From positions 17,362,001 to 17,426,000 of the forward strand of contig NC_087437.1 of NCBI RefSeq assembly GCF_036321535.1: DNA of 64,000 bases, read 5' to 3'. Below the pieces are notes generated by a model. That model was not told the origin of the DNA and did no database searches. It saw nothing but the letters and a program-made list of their open reading frames with translations. The position numbers were made by a program, and so were the translations under genes. The DNA comes from Camelus dromedarius. Its lineage: Eukaryota. Below are positions 56,796 through 64,000 of this stretch, in pieces (position 1 is the first letter of the stretch; every line of letters begins with the position of its first letter).

Positions 56796-59101
56796 GCTAG
56801 AATCAAAGGAGAGTTGGATAGCATGAAGATGAAGTGTAAGAGAATTCTGATAGAATCTGTCTTGCTGTCAGCCTCTCCTTTGATTCTAGCTGTTTTAGTT
56901 TTTTGCTGTGTAACAAACTGCCACAAATGTACCTCTTGCTCTACTATGATCTACTTGGACCCTGCATTGATTCTAATCCTTCACTGAATCACTGCAGTCT
57001 CTTCAACAGAAATTTAGAAAGGGTTGGTGGTGCAAGCTGGTGCAACTTGCTGATGCAGCTGGTCTTGAGCCAAGGATTAGTATTCATCATCTTCCTCCTT
57101 CACCACATGTTTTAGATTTCCCTTGTGCGGGACCAGCAGGCAGTCCAGCTGCTCTAGGCTGCTTGTGACCTGGAGACTTCCATCTTTGGGGGACTTGAGC
57201 CCTTAGTTGTCTTGCCCCTTTTTGGCCATGGTTGCTGCAATTTACTGTTTTCTTTGTTAGTACCAAGCATGGAAAATGCCCTGAGTTTCAGACAGATTGC
57301 TCCCTGCCCACACTGTATACAACAACTCCTAATATAGTCAGTCACTTATCACTGCTGGTATATTTCTTTCTTTCTTTGCCTGCTAGTCTGTCAAGACTAA
57401 GGGGGAGCCTGAAGTGCCAGGTAGTGGTTGTAGCTTTTTGTAAAATGCACATTCTTTTAATTACATTTCAATTAGTAAAATTCTATTTATATTAATCACA
57501 TTTCAATTAACACAATTGTGATAAGGGTTATGTAGGAAACTTTCAGAGCCATGAGAGCATGTAAAGGGAGAGAGAAACTAGCCTAGCCCTGACATTCAGG
57601 GATTGGAGAAGATTTCTCTTAATTAGAGACTGGATGGATGAGTTGAAATTAAGCGGATAAAGAAGTAGGGAAGAACATTCTAACAGAGAACATGTGTGCA
57701 AAGGCCCTGTATCAAGAAGGTGCTTGGTGCCTCCCTCCTCTGGAAGCCTCTCTTCCATTGACTTTTGTGGTTGTAGCTTTTTAGGTTCATTGGAACCCTT
57801 GTTGTATCATCAGGTAGAAGCATTACCCACAGGACCTCTAATACAAGAGAGGTTTTAAATTGTGGGTATGGGACTCCCAGATTCCGTAAGTGAGCTACTG
57901 GGATTGATTGGGGAAAGAGTCAGTCCAGCTTTTATCTTTGGGCTTCTGGACATGTGCATTCTAGCTAATAGGGATGTAACACCATACTCTTCGGTTCAGT
58001 GCATATACTGCATCCTGGAAGACCAACAGGATGACTGGTCAGCTGAGCCTTTAATATGCCACTCCATCATTCTGGTAGTGTGGCAGTTTCCTCATGATGT
58101 GATATGTAGTAGGACCAGTGGATGCCATGGTCAAATGCTTATTGTTATTTCTCCTTCACCATTAAACGAGTCCTTTGGTTTGAGGTGGTGTTAAGATGGG
58201 TCTCATTTTGGTAAAGCAAACATTTTGAAGCTGTTGGATAATGGTGTCGGGCAGGGGTACTATAAATGTTAAGGGATGCTTTGGGCAGGGAAGGCAGTCC
58301 CATTTCTAGAGTAAAGTAAATTCTACTCCCTCCCAGAATGCAAGGGTTCCCAGCTCCATTATGCCATCTGTTCATCTCTATGTCTGATAAGTTGCTATTT
58401 GTATTCTCTGGTGATACTAATCTCACTAGAACTTTCTCTCTTTTAGTAAGGCTTTTTATAACATTTTTCAAAGTAAGTTGGTGATGTTTTTGATAGTAAG
58501 GGATCTGATGAACAGAAGTGTTAAATTTAATATAGTCAACTTATATGATTCCTTTTATGAGGAATTCAAGAAAAGACAAAAACTATTGTGATAGCCCCTT
58601 AGTAGTTGCTAAGAAGGAGAGGACTGACTATAAAGAAGCACAAGGGGACTTATTGGGGTGATTAAAATATTTTAGATCTTGATTGTGGTCTGGGTTATGC
58701 AATTTTATGTACTTGTCAAGACTCGAACTCTACACTTAAAATCAGTGAATTTTGTGTGTGAATTCTATCTCACTGCTGATTTTAAGGAAAGCAGAAGATT
58801 TAATGTACCTTTTTGTCAATCTTTTCCATATTTATTTTTTTTCCTTTATAGATAGTGCTTTTTGATTCTTAAGTTTGAAAAACTCTTCTCTAGGGTTTTT
58901 TTTTTTTTTAATTTTAAGGTGAAAGCAAGTTTATTTAGAGAGAGAACACACTTCACAGCTAGTGGGGTCTGTCTCACTCAGAAAGGAAAACAGCTTAGGA
59001 GATATGCACACTCCATAGGCAGAATGTGGGCCATTAGGATATTTTTTTCTGACTTTCCATTTTGTTAATTTCTGCTCTTTATTTCCTTTAATGTTTTGAA
59101 A

Positions 59102-59641
59102 TGTACCCAGGATTTGGTTTAATCAGGTAGAGTAAAACACACACACTGTCATGGAAATGACTGTCATGAAGGAGAAGTTTTTACTCACAATTCCTTAGGA
59201 ACAGGAGCCACACCACCCTGAGCCACCTGGGGAAGCACCAAGGAGACAAAGGAGCAAGGTGAAAGTATAGGCCAGAGCCTTTACTGTTGTCTGTGAGAAG
59301 GAATGGATGAGGCAGGGTAGGCAAGCTTGAGCAAGTTTGGGTTTGGATAGTTTGAATAATTTATAGCTCTGGGTGATAGAGGTGGTCTTTAGTTATCACT
59401 AGTACATGACCCTGGGGTAATTTAGGGTAGGGAAAATATTGGCTTGGTATTTGAGAGTTTTTTGATGGAGATGACTGGGGATATGGGCTCTGGACTGGTT
59501 GGTTGTACATCAAAGATGTGCTTTCAAGCTATCTCCAGGGATTAGGTAACCCTGGGAGGTACAGTCTTTCCCTGGGTCCTAAGGGCCCTGCCATGTCAGA
59601 GCTTTATAAAATATAGAAAATTTTATAATATGACTAATACA
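59102..59641. mobile_element. ERV-type solo LTR (family uncertain)
   Basis: TG...CA termini (tgtacccagg...gactaataca) interrupting old L1-like sequence. Confidence 0.5.
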
Positions 59642-60795
59642 CTTAAGCTTTCTTAAGATTTGCTCTGTTGCCTTTTTCCTGTTTTTTAATTGAAAATGTA
59701 TTAGTTAAGCATATTTAGTCTTATGTTTTTGTTACAGATGCGTTAAGGCTATAAGCTGAGCTCCACATTTTGATAGCTTAATACTTTTATTGTTGCTTGG
59801 TTCTTATTTTATTTCTATTATGATTTTTTCTTTTAAATTTTTTTGTCTAGGAGGCCATTTTTAATTTTTCAAACATCTAAAAATGTTTTATTGATGATTT
59901 CAACATTATGGTCAGAGAAGGTGGTCTTAGATATAAGTTCTTTGAACTTTTTGTCTTTCTTTGTGAATATATGATCAGTTATTTAAAATGTTCCATGTAT
60001 ACTTGAAAATATATATTCTTCTGTTTGATGGAGGTTCTCTATGTAACTGTTAGATTAAACTTAATGATTTTGTGGATCAAGTATTCTATATCCTTACTTA
60101 CCTCTTATCAGTTTTTAATATAAGTGTATTAGAGGTTCATGCAGTGATTCAAGATGAATTTTTCTTGTAATTATATTAGTTTTCCCTTGTTTATATTAAA
60201 AGTGAGGTATATATAAAGTTTTGATATATTTCCTTAGCTTATTTATACTTTTATTACTATATATATAATACCTCTTCATACCTGTTAATGTTGCCATAAT
60301 ATTATGTCAGTTATTAAGATTGCTACATCATCTTTTTTTGTGTTGGTCTTTGCCAGAAATTTTTTTCATTTATTTTCAGCCTTTCTCTCCTATAAGCAGC
60401 TTTAGATTTTGTATTTTATTTTTATATCAAATCTGATAAGCCCTTATAAATGAGCTAAACTCATTTACATATAGTTTATAAGTAGACTTATTTTTTCTTG
60501 TTTTGTCTACTCTTTTCTTCTTTTTCTGTCTTTTGATGAGTTGATAACTGAATACTGCCTTGTAACAAATACTGCCTGTAATCAGTTTGTAACAAAGTGG
60601 AAATATAGAATCCTACCTATTGACCTCATTGCCACAGGTACCCTATCCTTATGTGGCATCAACCTCAGTCACCAAATCCTTGTGTGCCTGATATGCTAAG
60701 AACTGGTGGTACAGTGATAAATATTGTTTCTATCTTAGTAGTGATGGTATTCCTGAAAGTAGCATTGGAAACTTACCCTTCAAAAGTACTAAAAA

Positions 60796-60827
<32 letters not shown>

Positions 60828-61121
60828 AGAAAAGAAAGAGTTGATAAACATGATTTTCAGGGGAAGAAAAGAGCATATGTTTCTTTATAATCTCAAAATA
60901 GCCTTTTAGCAGAAGGTATGTATATAACCTATACAACCTTTTGGCTTTATCGTATTAACATTCTTCACAAATATCTGCAGGGGCCCATATAGTTTTAATA
61001 ATTGGTTGACCTAATAGATTTTTCAATTTTTTAACATATTAGAATGGGTATAATATATGCCTGCTGTAAAAAAAGCAATGGTAGATAAAATAGAAAGAAT
61101 TTTAAAAGGTAAAACCTTGTT

Positions 61122-64000
61122 GGGGGATACAAAGCAAGATGGCGGAGTAGAAGGATGCTCGTAGCTCACCCTCTTCCACAAATACACCAAAACTCACATC
61201 TGTGGACCTACTCAGCCAACCAGAGCACCTGCCGAACTCCGACAGAACATCATGCTCTTTGAAAGACAAAGACGCCAAAAATGTGGTAGGAGAAAAGGAA
61301 AGAAAGAAGAAAAAGCAAAACAGTGCGGGACCGATCCCATGGTGAGGGAGTGGCAAAGGAGGACTGGCGCTCATTCGCTGGGTCTCCCCTCTCCAACGGA
61401 GAGGCCAGCTGGACGAAGGGGGAGCCTCTGAGGCTAAGATCTGCCCTGAGCACCTCCTGACAGACAGAACTGAGTTAAACGGGCACAAAGGGTCCCTGCG
61501 ACACCCAGCCCGAGATGCGAGCTGGCAGCTGGGGCCGGGACACGGGACAGGCTGCCCGAGCTAGGTGGAGGACTGGGGCGGCTGCACTGAAGGGGTGCTG
61601 CGCACTGTGGTGGGAGGGGATACGGAGCTGAACAACCTCAGTTCCCCATAAATTGCGAAAAAAGCAAAGCAACACGGCTGGTGTGCCCTGGGGGGAGGGG
61701 CGCCATAGCCTTTGTCTCCTCAGACCTGCGCCGCCATTACTGGCGCTTCTTGTGAGAAGAGAGGTGGGGCGCAGCCACAGACGCCATATTTTGCTGTGTG
61801 CAGCGCCCGGGTGGGGGCGGGGCCGAGACCTGAATCCACACCCAGGGGCTCCGCAACCTCCTAGGCAGGACTGAGACTTGTTTACAGCCTGAGGCAGACA
61901 GGATCTTTCTGCCCTGGCACCTCAGAGAACTCATGCTGTCAAGACAGACAAGAAGCTGAGATTTGGCACGGAGCAGGGGCGGGGCTGTTCCACAGTCTTC
62001 CCCGAGCCCGCCTTCGGGGCACTGACCTGAGGCGGAGCTGGCAGCTGCACAGAGCAGCGGAGCGAATGGTGCTGGGAGAGGGCAGGCGGTACTTGCCTTC
62101 CTGGCAGTAACGCAGCACCTGATCACAGTGGTGGGAGGGGGCGTGATCTGCCCACCTGCCTCGCCTGAGAGCAGCATCTGACTGTAGCATCGAGAGGGGG
62201 AGTGACCCGCCCGCCTACCGGGTAAGAGCTCAGCACCTGACCCAGTGTTGGGGAGGGGGCGTGATCTGCTAGCCAACAGCCACTGGGAGCAGCACAGATG
62301 AGGGCACCAACAGAGGGCCTTTGGAAACAGCAAGCTGAGTTCATGAAACAGGGTGAAGACACAAAGACCTCTTGATAAAATCATTAAGAGCACACCGTCT
62401 CCAGGAGAACTAGATAACTGATACTCCTTAAGCCACAGTGCCAGAGAGATATGAGCAATATGAAGAAGCAGAGGAACCACTCCCAATTAAAAGGTCAAGA
62501 GAAATCCCCTGAAAGCATGATCAAGGAAATAGACATTGATGGCCTACTAGATCAAGATTTCAAAAAAGGAGTGATCAAAGTACTGAAGGAACTAAAAGAA
62601 ATAGTGTTTAGAGATATAAAATATGTCAGAAATGAAATAGAAGCTATAAAGAAGAACCAAGTAGAATTAGTAAACTCATTTGCTGAGATGAGAGCTGACC
62701 TAAAGGCTGTACAAAGCAGGCTAGCTAATGCAGAGGAACGAATAAGTGACCTAGAAGACAGGACAACAGAAAGCACCCTATCAGAACAGCTGAGAGAAAA
62801 CGAAATAAACAATGAAAACAATATAAAGGACCTATTGGATAATATAAAGCGTGCCAATCTACACATAATAGGGGTTCCAGAAGGGGAAGAAAGAACAAAG
62901 GGGATTGAAAAGATATTTGAAAAAATCATGACTGAAATCTTCCCAAACCTAAAGGAGTCAGATATCCAAGTACAGGAGGCTCAGAGGGTCCCAAACAGGA
63001 AGAACCCAAAAAGACCCATACCAAGACATATCATAATCAAGATGGCCAGAGTCAAGGATAAAGAAATGATCCTAAAGGCAGCAAGAGAAAAACAAAGAGT
63101 GAGTTACAAGGGAACCCCCATAAGGGTCTCAGTTGATTTCTCTACACAAACACTACAGGCCAGAAAGGAGTGGCAAGATATATTCAAAGTCCTGAATGAA
63201 GAAAAGATGCAGCCTAGGATACTCTATCCAGCAAGGCTATCCTTTAGAATAGAGAGAGAGATAAAGAACTTCACAGACAAGCAAAAACAAAGAGTTTAGC
63301 ACACTAAACCCATGCTAAAAGAAATATTGACAGGCCTACTCTAAATAGAAAAGAAGCAGGATGCTACAAAAATGAGAAACTCATAACTGGAAAGGAGATA
63401 ACTGCCATGAATTACAAAAACAATAAACACAAAATTGTAAAAGAAGACATCTAAATCATTAAGAGTGGGAGAGGGAGGCAAGGAAAGCCACTGTGGAAAG
63501 TCGTATGGAGATTCCTTGGAAGACTAGGAATAGACTTGCCGTGTGACCCAGGAGTCCCGCTCCTGGGCATGTGTCCAGAGGGAACCTTACTTTGGAATGA
63601 CGCCTGCACCCCAATGTTCATAGCAGCACTGTTTGCAGTGGCCAAGACATGGAAACAGCCTAAATGGCCATCAATGGATGACTGAGTAAAGAGGATATGG
63701 TATATTTATGCGGTGGAATACTTTTCAGCCATGAAAACTGACAGCATGACGCCGTCTGCGGCAACTTGTATGTTCCTGGAGAGTGTCATTCTAGGTGGGG
63801 TGGGCCAGAAAGAGAAAGAAAATACCATATGAGATCGCTCATATGAGGAATCTAAAAAAAAAAAACCATAAATACAAAACAGAAACAGACTCATAGAATA
63901 CAAACTTGTGGTTGCCAAGGGGGTGGGGGATGGGAAGGGACAGACTGGGATTTTAAAATGCAGAATAGATAAACAAGATTATACTGTACAGCATAGGGAA
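61122..64000 (+). mobile_element. L1 with full CpG-rich 5'UTR and ORF1 but lacking nearly all of ORF2; runs off the window end
   Basis: Starts ggggg...caagatggcggagtag just after a tttt/aaaa endonuclease-type site. ORF1 begins at 62451. At about 63487 it jumps to the ORF2 C-terminal region and 3'UTR. Confidence 0.92.
62451..63344 (+). pseudogene. L1 ORF1p, open for 282 codons and frameshifted near the C-terminus
   Basis: Coiled coil followed by KRANLHIIGVPEGEE, PRHIIIKM, YKGTPIR and ILYPARLSF motifs. The tail TKPMLKEILTGLL* continues in another frame to TAA at 63342-63344. Confidence 0.9.

Noticed and set aside
61102..62486. Antisense ORFs (up to 249 aa) in the L1 5'UTR, a possible ORF0 analogue
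   Set aside because: GC-rich sequence, no recognisable homology, and no evidence of conservation from a single copy.

Overview
Mammalian genomic DNA, probably camelid judging by the tRNA-derived SINEs and L1 family. It covers the SLC35G2 / NCK1 locus. It contains most of SLC35G2 intron 1, its single coding exon (28393-29631, +), the NCK1 CpG-island promoter and non-coding exon 1 (about 34970-35056, +), and about 29 kb of repeat-rich NCK1 intron 1. Four things stand out. (1) A chain of about 17 decayed, splice-site-bounded, largely phase-compatible exon-like segments on the minus strand (about 2.7-34.4 kb). It looks like a dead multi-exon protein-coding gene, head-to-head with NCK1 and interleaved with SLC35G2, and may be the ancestor of the NCK1 divergent lncRNA. 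I could not identify the protein. (2) An L1 at 61.1-64 kb that lacks almost all of ORF2 and carries a dense A>G cluster resembling fossilised ADAR hyper-editing. (3) A retrocopy in which an L1 5'UTR is joined, apparently by splicing, to DIAPH2-like exons. (4) A twin-primed, 5'-inverted L1 with a 17-bp TSD and a younger L1 nested inside it. All alignments and translations were done by eye, and gene and repeat names come from recall rather than database searches.
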